DNA from: Perkinsus chesapeaki ATCC PRA-425
Taxonomy: Eukaryota > Protista > Perkinsozoa
NCBI GenBank assembly: GCA_013115145.1
Contig: JAAPAO010000120.1
Coordinates: forward strand, 6,750 to 70,749
Length of the DNA: 64,000 nt
Direction of reading: 5' to 3'
Shown here: piece by piece, positions 54,001 to 64,000 of the stretch
Layout of the letters: each line of letters starts with the position of its first letter
Position numbering within the stretch: position 1 is the stretch's first letter
Made by a program: the position numbers and the translations under genes
The notes under the pieces: generated by a model
Databases searched by the model: none
What the model was told of the DNA's origin: nothing
The model's input: the letters and a program-made list of their open reading frames with translations, nothing else

Positions 54001-56203
54001 TTCAATAAAGGTTGTAGTTTACCTATGTACGGTTTATAGACTTTCAGGGAGATATGGGCAGACTAAATTTGATTCGAAAGTCGGATCATCTTTAGTATCG
54101 ATTTCTGAACTTTCGGCCCGTCAGAGGCCCTACAGCCTTGTGATAGGAAATGAAAAGAAGGTATGAATCTTTGAAAGAAGAGCGAGATCTGTTGGATCGT
54201 CGAAGGACCGAAGAGAACGATCGATCGGTGCGCGAGGTAGAGCATCTTATGGTTATGCAGTGAGATATCATATGACTAGATACAACTGTTGAAGAAAGAC
54301 TTAGGGTCGACCAAAGAGGAGAATCATTGTAAGCTGACTCTAGAGGGCGTGGGTTCGATCCTTCGGCTCGACATATTTTACATTCTATTTTGGAATTACA
54401 GAAGACTGCCCTTGTTAGCTCTACAAGCTTCGCTATGTCGACGAGATGAAGAGATAAAGCGCCTCGAAAAGGAAAAAGGTAAACGCCGTCGTCTTTGCCA
54501 CTACCGCCATGGGGCACGGCTGCACCACTATTTCAGCCGCGGCGTTGTCGAGAGCGGAAAACGCCGAGGCTCAGCTTGTCGAAGAGAAACGTCAAAGATC
54601 GGAGGAGGCGAAAAACCAGTCCACTCCTCCGAAAATTATAGTCGCCAAGGCAAGAATTTCGTGGCGCGTTGGAATCGAAGTGCCTGATCAGGACCCGTAC
54701 CCAGAGGAGGGCTCAGAGGCGTCGGAACTCCGGCGTCGGCTTGAAGAATCGGAGGAACAACTCCATACGACACGCCAGCAACTCGGAGCGGCTAGAACCG
54801 AGGTATGCGAAATGCTGCTTTGGTTTGTGCTTTAGTGATTCCGGCCTTTTCAGCTCGAACTACTCAAGAAGGAGGAGCGATCGTTCGACGAGACAGCGAC
54901 CGTCAAGAGTTTGCGATCTAAACTGGACCGGGCGAATGACGCGGTGAGTGGAGGAAATCTTCGTGGATGCACTGGTAGCGGCCACGTTCAGGTTGATGAC
55001 CTCCGAGGAGAATTGGAAGATTCTTTGGTGGAGCATAAAGCCATGACTCGCGAGCTTGAGAAGCTCAGGAGCCAGCGCACTGGTGGGCAGAATAGGACTG
55101 AAGATGGACGCGTGAGATTTTCACATCTGGTGCCTTTGAACTTTATCGTTTTAGTCGGTCATACATGCGGTAGAGCAGCTGAAAGGGATAGCCAGTATTA
55201 TGCAGCGAGAAATAGAGGAACATGTAAGGAAGCCTTAAGGCTATAGTGGGCCATTCGGTCTCTGTGAAATTGCCTGGACGTTGAGACTGCCGCTACTCAT
55301 AGACCTGTTATCGGTTTTGTCAACCTGGAAGTCATTGATGTTAGGTATCTCGGCGAGGAACGGAGACATCCGAGGCATTGCGCTCCTTACGAGAAGAGAA
55401 CGAGAAGCTGAGGGCTGAGTTGAGGGGATGCGAGCGCGATGGACGGGTGAGATACCAATTGCCTTGTTGCACAGCATGTCGTATACGTGCAGATTCCCGG
55501 TAATCCACAGGGAGAAGAGGTTGAGGCCGAATTGAAGCGCACTATAGAGTGAGTGAAACTGCCTTACCTTTTCCGGGAGTGAGATGCCGTGTCTGTAGCC
55601 GCCTTCGAGCGGACCTTGGCCATAGAAGTGCTCGGATACTCAAGCTGCAGCAGGAGATACGACTGCTACGTTCGCATATGGCAGATCTCAAACTAGCTTC
55701 TCAGGAGACCGATCGAGCGTCAAGGTCTGCCTTAACATTTATTAGTGTGATTATGGCTGCTTCGAATCAGATTCTATAATCTTGCCAATAACCGGATGAG
55801 TGGTACGGCCCCAGTGTTCTATCGTCGATGGCGATGCCCGAGAGCTGCTGAAGGTAGGTCGGTTTTTCCTGGCTCTAGTCGAATCCTTGGCTCTATTCAG
55901 ACATGGTGGAGTACGACTACTCTACAGGGGAGCTCCCTAGTAACCCTCTACCAGCCCTGCCCGCTTCACAGTCGTATCGATCTCCCTCAACAATCCTTCC
56001 GGAGACTGCAAGATCCCTGGCTTCACCAACCGAGATACCGTGGTCGACGTGAGACGCCATCCATAGCCAGTGTCGGCTCCTATTTGAACCATTTCAGGCC
56101 GGCTCCACCTCGGACTCCTTCCGGTGGATCCCGTTATCGCAGTCCGCTGTTGCGACGCCTATATGGCCCAGACGATGCGACAGGGCCGAGAACTTCACCA
56201 TAG
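51009..56203 (+). CDS. Histidine kinase with two tandem HisKA-HATPase cores and a long coiled-coil tail
   Basis: Core 1: HDLKTPFNG, ILDNALRYT, IADTGIGID, IFIPF, LGLGLSVV, GTTVTVKIP. Core 2: HELRIPFLG, VAENALKFT, EDTGIGIPDEDQERIFQPF, YGLGLGLTVV, GTTFYIRLP. Exons downstream can be spliced in frame into a coiled-coil region; that tail (about 53600-56203) could be a separate gene. Confidence 0.8.
52527..52720. repeat. 18-bp minisatellite (about 10.8 copies) inside an intron of the histidine kinase gene
   Basis: Unit AGTCC(T/A)TT(T/C)ATAAGCCT(T/C); 10 full copies plus 14 nt; lies within intron 52508-52737 (gtaagg...atcag). Confidence 0.97.
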
Positions 56204-56642
56204 CTTTGCCGCCTTCAAGGCTGATAACATTTCCGCACCATTACCCCTAAGTTTACCATGGTATCATGAAGCCTAGAATACCCCACCTGTGATGTACAGA
56301 CAATCTTGATGATTTGTGTTATAGTTTGGGTGGGAGGAGTGGAATGTCTATGAATTCCGTACCGCAGACAGTAGAGACGCATTTCACTGCTTCTTGACGA
56401 GGACCTCGCCCCACTATTCACCTTGCCGGCCTGGAGACTTGGTCATACCGTCAGTGACCGCTGAGTCTTCCAATCAGTTTGAGACAACTGCTTCGCTTTG
56501 CCTCTTGACGGTTGTGTTGTATCGGCGGGTGGTTCGCATTTGTGTGCTCAATGGCGTGTCATTAGTCAACTCTGAGGGTTGTGTTGTAGTCCATCTTGTT
56601 TCCCGATAAGACTGTAGGCCACATCTAGGAGTAGTTACCCAC

Positions 56643-58850
56643 ATGTCCGACATATACTCTGTGATCAAGTTGCAGGAGCGCTTCGTGCCAGCCGACCAAG
56701 TACGATCTCCAGCCTGACATAACGACCAGCTCCTCTCCCTTTGTAGATTAACTCATTGATGTCTGACAAACGAATTGTCCAGCTGCGTGATTTGAAGTGG
56801 GGGCACGATCAACTCCTAGGAGCATAGCACTGAGGTTTTGCCTAGGTTCGAGATTAAATCAAAAATCGAGCAAGACCGTGTTGTGACTGGGATGGTATAC
56901 AAGGTCTCGCCGACTCGAACAGGAAAGTTGGGCAGAGGCCGATTGGCTCGGACCGCTCAGTACGGTCTAGGGCTTGTGTGCGGAGCTCAACGTACCGATA
57001 TGTTTAGGTATGCCGACGCCTGGATCACAGACTTCCACCCTTACAGTCCGACCTATGCCCGCCTGCGGATAACAGACACTGCGGCAGCCATAAAGCTTCA
57101 TAGGGGAGATGTGTGGTATCTTCTGAATCCAGAACTAACAGCAGACGATGACAAGGTGGTCCTTTGGTGTCCATCCTGTCTTGCACGCCAGTGTGGTCAG
57201 GGATCAGTGATGGCCCCAGTTGCACTTACAGTCGATTCCAAGGACAAAATGCTAAAAGTTGGTATGGCCAGCGGTGTAGGCGACTGCAAGGCTTTCTTAG
57301 GCGCTAAAAATGGCCAACAATGCTCGTAAGCTGCAAGTTAAACTCATGGATTAGCCTCATAGTTGGGTTTGTAGGTTCCCAGTGAACTCGGAGCTCGATC
57401 GGTCTGGACTGTGTCATGTGCATTTGGAGGAGCAAAGGTCGAGGTCAACGAGTTCGCGCACTATGATCGGTCAGGCTTCAGCCAATAAAGTGGAGAACCC
57501 GCCGCTGGACGCTTCCGTCAGGCACGCGTCTTTGCGTCAATGTTCCAGGCGCGCGATTCTCAACTGAAATGAAAATGGTAACCACAATAAAGAGATGGAC
57601 TTGTGATTGGTGGTAGGCGGATGCATTATTGAAGCCATCGGAGGATAGTCTGAAGTCGAGGCAGGAAGATGAAGCTGCAGAAAAACAGGGACAAGCTAGG
57701 AATCTGTAAGTTGTGTCGCGGCTAATATCCGACCACTTCTGCCACGTCCAGGTCCTTGAAGCTCTCTCGTCAACGGGAGACGAGCGGTCAGTATGCCCGC
57801 TCCAACAGCGGCTACATTAACGCCGTTGTTAAGAACTTCAACCCACAGCAAGCAGCGACGAGTATTGTCCCCTTACTAGGTGATCGCCGCATGCTACCGG
57901 GTGCTGCAATGATTCCTTCAAGTGCAGGTCGCGGTCTTGCCGAAGACTCTTCAATCGACTTTTTAATTAACGAGAATGACGGTGGCCGATTGCAGAATTC
58001 ACAGTCGGTCTCAACGCAAAATAAGAAATGCGAGGTACCCAAGTCGACGATGTTCCGGATACCACCGGTGCCGACCGCTCCCGACGAGAGCCAAGATAAG
58101 GAGTTTTCGGAACAGATATCAAATGTGAAGACACAATTGAGTGAGGCTAAGTCCGTACCCTGCAACAAGGTTACCGCGTTTTCTGTCAGACTCCGCAGCC
58201 GATGAAATCGACGCAGTAGCCCGATTAAGGGACATTATCAAGATTCTCGACTCCGGGCTGCCAGCCGAGGTGAGCTGGTGACTGAGAAGGTTATTTATTC
58301 AGGCTTTCAGGTCATACGGAAGTCTGGAATATACACACTTGTCGAAGGGCTCGCATCCAAGAGCTCCTCCCATGATATAGTCCGGCCAGTGGCTGAGACA
58401 GTTGCTAAGAAACTTAAGGTTAGTTCCACTCCTACGCTAAGGCTTCTCGTTCTTCCTCAGGCACGGTGTGAGGCGGATTTACAGTCTAGGAAAGCTCGAA
58501 AGGACATAGATGCTGCGGCCAAGATGTGACAACATTTGATGCTGGACAATGGTCATCTACATCTCAGATCCTCGAGTGGGTTCACCCTCACTGATCTAAT
58601 GGACCGATGCGTGCACGGCGATAGGATGATGCCCAAAAGCTCTGTGGAGAAAGGAAAACGGAAGCGTAGAGAACCCGATAATGATCAGACGCAGGCGCCA
58701 GAGACGAAACGGCGCACTGGTGAGGAAACAACACTGCTAAATGACTTACTTTGTACAGCTACCAAAACGGAGAAGAAACCGGTCAGTCAGCCAATGTCCG
58801 AAGATGAGAGAAATCGACTAAGAGAACTCAAGTCAATATTAAAGCGATAA
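56643..58850 (+). CDS. MCM10: MCM10-like replication factor (OB fold + CCCH zinc finger)
   Basis: Spliced: DIYSVIKLQERFV...KRIVQLRDL...DRVVTGMVYK; GDVWYLLNP; LTVDSKDKMLKVGMASGVGDCKAFLGAKNGQQC...VNSELDRSGLCHVH (MCM10 zinc-finger pattern). Extra 5' exons possible. Confidence 0.72.
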
Positions 58851-59813
58851 AAATGTTAAGTTTATTGAATACACGTTGAGCATGCTGTTTCATGCATTTG
58901 ACTCGAGTTGACAAGTGTAAATGCTCATTTTGAATCATAGACTGGCCCTATAAAACCTTCAGCAAGCTATAAGAAAGTAATCTAACTCATAAAACTATTA
59001 GGCGAGGCATATCTACTACAGCAGGGCACAGTTGATACCATAAGAACCCGGTTACATTGTGGCCTCCGATTCTCAGCACGATTCCTGTAACACGAAGAAT
59101 AGGCCACTGAGTTGAATGTCTAACGGCCCGTTGCCAGGCGTCCTACAGCGCTTATTATGCCTGTAACATTAAGCCTCAATCAATTCAGAGTTTCAAGGGA
59201 TTACCGGCCTGGATTCCTGACCTTACTTGCGTCTCACCTGTGTATGATCTCACGTGACGCAACAAGTCGCCCTGATAAAATGGGTCACGTAGCGCCTGAT
59301 GACTAAAGAAGGTGCCCACGCGTAGTTTGAAAAGGCTTCGGGGCCCAGCAGTTATCTGAGATGCCAGTCTAATCCAGATTGTCTACTTGTTGAATTCACA
59401 TTGTTGACGGAAACTTATTGATTGTAGACTCCCACAGTCTTGACTGCACTGCAGAGGATGTCACTTGGAGGGCTATACAACCGAACTCCTGGCCAGCGAT
59501 AGCGGTTCGAGAGACTCGAATTGCCAGTGGAAACTGTTTAGGACTATAAAGGAAACTTTTCGATTTGCCGAGCGGGACTTTGAGGTTCCCAGGGAGATCT
59601 AGGTGAGAGAACTAGTAACACCACATGAGCGATAATATGATAAGTGCGTAAATCCAATTGCATAGCAGTTGAAATGAAAGCTACTGCTACTATGGGCGTT
59701 AGCTCGGCATTCGCCGTCAACAAAAAAAGGAGTACTGCCCTGACTCGCACTGTTCTACATCACTAAGCATAGCAGGCTTTCTGAGTCTAGACTTGGTGGT
59801 CTCGCTGGAAAGC

Positions 59814-60245
59814 CTAATATCTAGATAAATGAAGGAGACCACGTTGGTAGGTTATGTTCATGTAGCTATTCTTGGTATCATACAACATATACCAAAAATC
59901 ATTAGGATGATGGTCAGTGTATCCAAACCTGCCACAATAAGTCAGACCCTATGATACCATGTCATCGTAAGTTGAATCGTTCATACCCATCTTGAAAACC
60001 AGTACGTCAGGCCAGGGAGAAGGTAAAGGTACGATACGGAAAAGCGGAGGCCAGAAAGGTTCAACCTTAGTGGTACACTTCAACTCGACTTTCTGGAAAG
60101 CCTCCCAGAAGAAGGTATATCTCAAGAAATATCGATGATGCTTGTCGAAGTAGTGAATATAAGTGCCTTCTGGTGAAGAGTCTTCCTGAGCCATCACTGA
60201 CCAGTTCAACACGACAGCTACGACTGATAAGACGATGCAGCGCAT
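59814..60245 (-). pseudogene. Secreted-protein paralog with an in-frame nonsense codon
   Basis: Aligns along the full length of 60875-61309, but the Tyr codon TAC is TAG (59949-59951). The frame continues intact after the stop to ...LHLSRY*. Confidence 0.85.
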
Positions 60246-60874
60246 TCTAAGAGTTCAACACTTAATACCTTGAACAACGGATCAACAGTGAAAGTTTCCG
60301 CTTGATATTAGAAGGGCAACTATAGGGTGTCACCGTGACATAGCTTGTTAGCTACCATCCAGTTTGTGCATAGGCGTGTTGGCAATAGCTCTTCAGCGCA
60401 GCGCGTTACATGAACATTCATTCATTGAGCCATGAGGCCAGATTAAGCGTAAAATTCGGACCGTTTGGCCACAGTGAAGACTCATGGAGTTCGCTTTGTC
60501 CAGAAAAGTTCTGATCACTATACATTATACTAGACATCAAGCTTGACAGGAGCTATGTTTCATCCTATCCCAGTGAATATAGCTGGGAAATTACTATCGT
60601 AATGGTCGGCCAAGATCTTCAAAAAAGGAGCTCCTCCATCAACATCAAGTAGCGGCTCTTGACAGTTCCATGTCTGATGGGATCCTTCTGTTCACTATAA
60701 GCGCGGGTATGCTCGGTTGCGAGGAAACTTAAGGTGACTCACCTTAGGTGAGTACGACTGAATGGTAGCTATCAGGCTATGTCACGGTGACACCTTATAG
60801 TTGCCCTCCTGATATCAAGGGGAAGCTTTCACTGTTGCTTTGCTGTTGGAGGTGTTAAGTGTTGAACTCTTAGA

Positions 60875-61309
60875 ATGCGCTGCATCGCCTTATCAGTCAT
60901 AGCTGCCACGTTAAACTGGTCAGTGATGGCTCACGAAGATTCTTCACCAGAAGGCTCTTATCTTCACTACTTGGACGAGTATCATCAATACTTCTTGAGA
61001 TATACCTTCTTCCGGCAGGCTCAAATTCAAAGTGTCCAGTGGAACTGTACCAATAAGATTAACCCCTTCCGACCTTCGCCTTTTCTCACTATCGCTTTAC
61101 CTGCTCCCAGGCCTGGCGTAGTGGCGTACAAGATGGGTATGGACTATTCAACTTACAGTGGCATGGTGTCATACGGTCTAACTTATTGTGGTTCGTTTGG
61201 ATATACTGATCATCATCCTGATGATTTTTGGTATATCTACTATGATACCAAGAATAACTACATGAACATAACCTACCAAGGTGGTCTCCTCAATTTATCT
61301 AGATATTAG
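60875..61309 (+). CDS. Small secreted protein (144 aa), intact copy
   Basis: Signal peptide MRCIALSVIAATLNWSVMA; aromatic-rich mature domain (PEGSYLHYLDEY...FWYIYYDTKNNYMNITY); intronless. Confidence 0.8.
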   Translation: MRCIALSVIAATLNWSVMAHEDSSPEGSYLHYLDEYHQYFLRYTFFRQAQIQSVQWNCTNKINPFRPSPFLTIALPAPRPGVVAYKMGMDYSTYSGMVSYGLTYCGSFGYTDHHPDDFWYIYYDTKNNYMNITYQGGLLNLSRY

Positions 61310-62272
61310 GATTTTAAGCGACATCATCCAAGTCTAGACTCAGAAAGCCTGCTATGCTTAGTGATGTAGAACAGTGCGAGTCAGGGCAGTACTCCTTTTT
61401 TTGTTGACGGCGAATGCCGAGCTAACGCCCATAGTAGCAGTAGCTTTCATTTCAACTGCTATGCAATTGGATTTACGCACTTATCATATTATCGCTCATG
61501 TGGTGTTACTAGTTCTCTCACCTAGATCTCCCTGGGAACCTCAAAGTCCCACCCGACAAATCAAAAAGTTTCCTTTGTAGTCCTAAACAGTTTCCACTGG
61601 CAATTCGAGTCTCTCGAACCGATATCGGTGGCCAGGAGTTCGGTTGTATAGCCCTCCAAGTGACATCCTCTGCAGTGCAGTCGAGACTGTGGGAGTCTGC
61701 AATCAATAAGTTCCCGTCAACAATGTGAATTCAACAAGTAGACAATCTGGATTAGACTGGCATGTCAGATAACTCATGGACCCCGAAGCCTTTTCAAACT
61801 ACGCGTGGGCACCTTCTTTAGTCATCAGGCGCTACGTGACCCATTTTATCAGGGCGACTTGTTGCGTCACGTGAGATCATACACAGGTGCGACGCAAGCA
61901 AGGTCAGAAATCCAGGCCAGTAATCCATTGAAACTCTGAATGGATTGAGACTTAATGTGACAGGCATAATAAGCGCTGTAGGACGCCTGGCAACGGGCCG
62001 TTAGACATTCAACTCAATGGCCTATTCTTCGTGTTACAGGAATCGTGCTGAGAATCGGAGGCCACAATGTAACCGGGTTCTTATGGTATGAACTGTGCCC
62101 TGCTGTAGTAGATATGCCTCGCCTAATAGTTTTATGAGTTAGATTACTTTCTTATAGCTTGCTGAAGGTTTTATAGGGCCAGTCTATGATTCAAAATGAG
62201 CATTTACACCTTTCAACTCCAGGCAAATGCAAATGAAACAACATGCTCAACGTGTTTTCAATAAACTTCATT

Positions 62273-62667
62273 TTATCGCTTCAATATAGATTTGAGTTCT
62301 CTTAGTCGATTTCTCTCATCTTCGGTCATTGGCTGACTGACCGGTTTCTTCTCCGTTTTGGTAGCTGTACAAAGTAAGTCATTTAGCAGTGTTGTTTCCT
62401 CACCGGTACGCCGTTTCGTCTCTGGCGCCTGCGTCTGATCATTATCGGGTTCTCTACGCTTCCGTTTCCCTTTCTCCACAGAGCTTTTGGGCATCATCCT
62501 ATCGCCGTGCACGCATCGGTCCATTAGATCAGTGAGGGTGAACCCACTCGAGGATCTGAGATGTAGATGACCATTGTCCAGCATCAAATGTTGTCACATT
62601 TTGGCCGCAGCATCAATGTCCTTTCCAGCTTTCCTAGACTGTAAGCCCACCTCCTATCGTGCCTGAG
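62273..62667 (-). pseudogene. Inverted duplicate of the last two MCM10 exons
   Basis: Nearly identical translation to 58536-58850; begins at the ctcag|GCACG acceptor and has no upstream exons. Confidence 0.85.
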
Positions 62668-62682
62668 TGAAAAAGGGCCTGT

Positions 62683-62882
62683 TGTGAGGCGGATTTACAG
62701 TCTAAGAAAGCTCGAAAAGATATTGACGCTGCTGCCAAGATGTGACACCATTTGATGACGACAACGTTCATTTACGTGCCCAACAGCTCTGTGGCGAGAG
62801 GAAAATGGAAGCGCGGAGAACCCGACGATGACCAGACGCAGGAGCAGGAGGTGGAACGGTGTCCCAGTGAGGAGACAACACT
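62683..62882 (+). pseudogene. Third, direct-orientation and degenerate copy of the MCM10 3' region
   Basis: tgtgaggcggatttacagtcta...gagacaacact matches 58467-58735 with substitutions and an internal deletion of about 70 nt. Confidence 0.85.
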
Positions 62883-63179
62883 TTCTTTGCGAGCCCAATT
62901 CAGACTGTGCACTTGTTGAGTTCATATCATCAACAAAAACTCATTGAAGCGAGTTCCTCAGTACCGGACAACATTGCTTGTATCTGGTCAAGTGCGGAGG
63001 ATCTCATTTGGAGGCCTGTTTCACCTTTTCTGGCCAGAAAAGGCTTGCCAGAAAAGCGAAAGCTTCCCATTGGAAAGCTTCGAATTGCTACTGGAACAGG
63101 CGCTTTTCAGAATTATCAGGGAGACTTTATAGCTTGCCTTGTTGGATGGTAAGAATCCCGGGAAGCTCTTCCGTACTTA

Positions 63180-64000
63180 CTGAGAGAACTAGTGACGCTA
63201 CATGGACGATAATGGATGAAAATTATTATGGAATAAATGGGAGTCAACAATGAAGATTGCTTCGGTATTCGTTGATTTCCAGAAAGCCTTTGATTCCTTG
63301 GTATGGTCTTCATCATGGAAGATTTTGGCTGCTGCAGGGATGCCAAAGTTTTTCGTGGAATTGATAAGAAGATTATATGATGATGCTAAAGTTACTATTA
63401 GGATTAATAAGGAAGGAAAAGTGTCTGATATTTTTGATCAGAAAATAGGAGTGAGACAAGGATCATGTTTATCTCCGATTATCTTTATATTGGTTTTGGA
63501 TCATTGCATTAGAGCTGCTGTAGAAGCGTGTGAAGAGAGAGGGTTCGAAGTAGAGTGGTTGGGATATGCTGATGACTTATATATAGCAGGGAATTCTGTA
63601 GAGGAGGTGGAATTCTTCTTACAAGAGTTACAAGCTGCTGCATATTATGTTGGGCTTATGATTAATGGAGATAAAACAGTAGTTATGGCCAAGGGGATGA
63701 CTACGAAAAGTGTATTGTGCAAAGGTGGATTAACTGAAGAAAGGGTGGCAGTTAAGTGGGATGATGGAATTTATGAAGGATGGCTCAGACCTGTGGTAGA
63801 TGATGATTTGGATAGTCGTTTTCATCCAACACATCAAGTAATATATGATGATGGGTCTGTTGTGGCATATATTGTGAAGAAGGCGGGTTGGATACAGGAT
63901 GAAGACGGTGATAAATTGAGAATCACAAGATTAGGATTTAATAGATTGGTTGGTGGTAATGATAGATGGAAATGTTCTTCATGTGGTAGTACATTTCATA
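63180..64000 (+). mobile_element. 5'-truncated non-LTR retrotransposon (LINE-type RT), running off the window end
   Basis: Open frame 63220-64000: FVDFQKAFDS, GVRQGSCLSP, YADD (63565-63576), GLMINGDKT. Abruptly AT-rich and intronless; a frameshift near 63215 separates the upstream RTSDATWTI motif. Confidence 0.93.

Larger units (their letters stand above)
58456..62667. repeat. 4.2-kb inverted duplication: arms about 58456-60358 and 60762-62667, unique spacer of about 400 bp
   Basis: Direct reverse-complement comparison: outer arms (58456-59796 vs 61328-62667) about 95% identical in a 490-bp stretch checked by eye; inner arms (gene plus upstream region) about 80%. Duplicate ORFs in the track on opposite strands confirm it. 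Confidence 0.97.

Noticed and set aside
61374-61580. Hydrophobic 68-aa ORF present in both palindrome arms (also 59544-59750)
   Set aside because: Starts at GTG; its duplication is explained by the inverted repeat; no independent coding evidence.
62900-63180. KCGGSHLEAC resembling a gag zinc knuckle upstream of the RT
   Set aside because: Incomplete CCHC spacing, interrupted frames, and too close to the RT core to be an intact ORF1.

Overview
Gene-dense eukaryotic DNA (about 50% GC, mostly 35-60 nt GT-AG introns, intergenic gaps of 150-250 bp). Gene content and style point to an alveolate, most likely Perkinsus (inference). Recognisable genes, left to right: a secreted GH92 alpha-1,2-mannosidase, a secreted two-repeat protein, CDP-diacylglycerol synthase, eIF4A-III, apicortin, an ankyrin protein, a full pyruvate:NADP+ oxidoreductase (PFO-CPR fusion) with a mitochondrial-type presequence, eIF1, an AP2-like factor, adenylate kinase 7, RPL22, a CELF/Bruno RRM protein, a TPR-like + cytochrome-b5/MAPR protein ending in a CaaX box, a MATH-like Q/P/W-rich protein, two tandem Mei2-like RRM genes, a protein with two complete histidine-kinase cores, and MCM10. 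Most notable structures missed by the ORF track: (1) six compact box C/D snoRNA candidates at RPL22, one intronic and five in tandem downstream, with guides matching SSU, 5.8S and LSU rRNA; (2) a 4.2-kb inverted duplication (58456-62667) holding two divergently oriented, fast-diverging secreted paralogs (one with a nonsense codon), plus a third direct copy of the MCM10 tail; (3) a non-LTR retrotransposon RT followed in frame by a Tudor-like module and a CxxC motif; (4) an intronic 18-bp minisatellite. Exon boundaries were read by eye and rRNA target sequences are recalled from memory, so both need computational confirmation.
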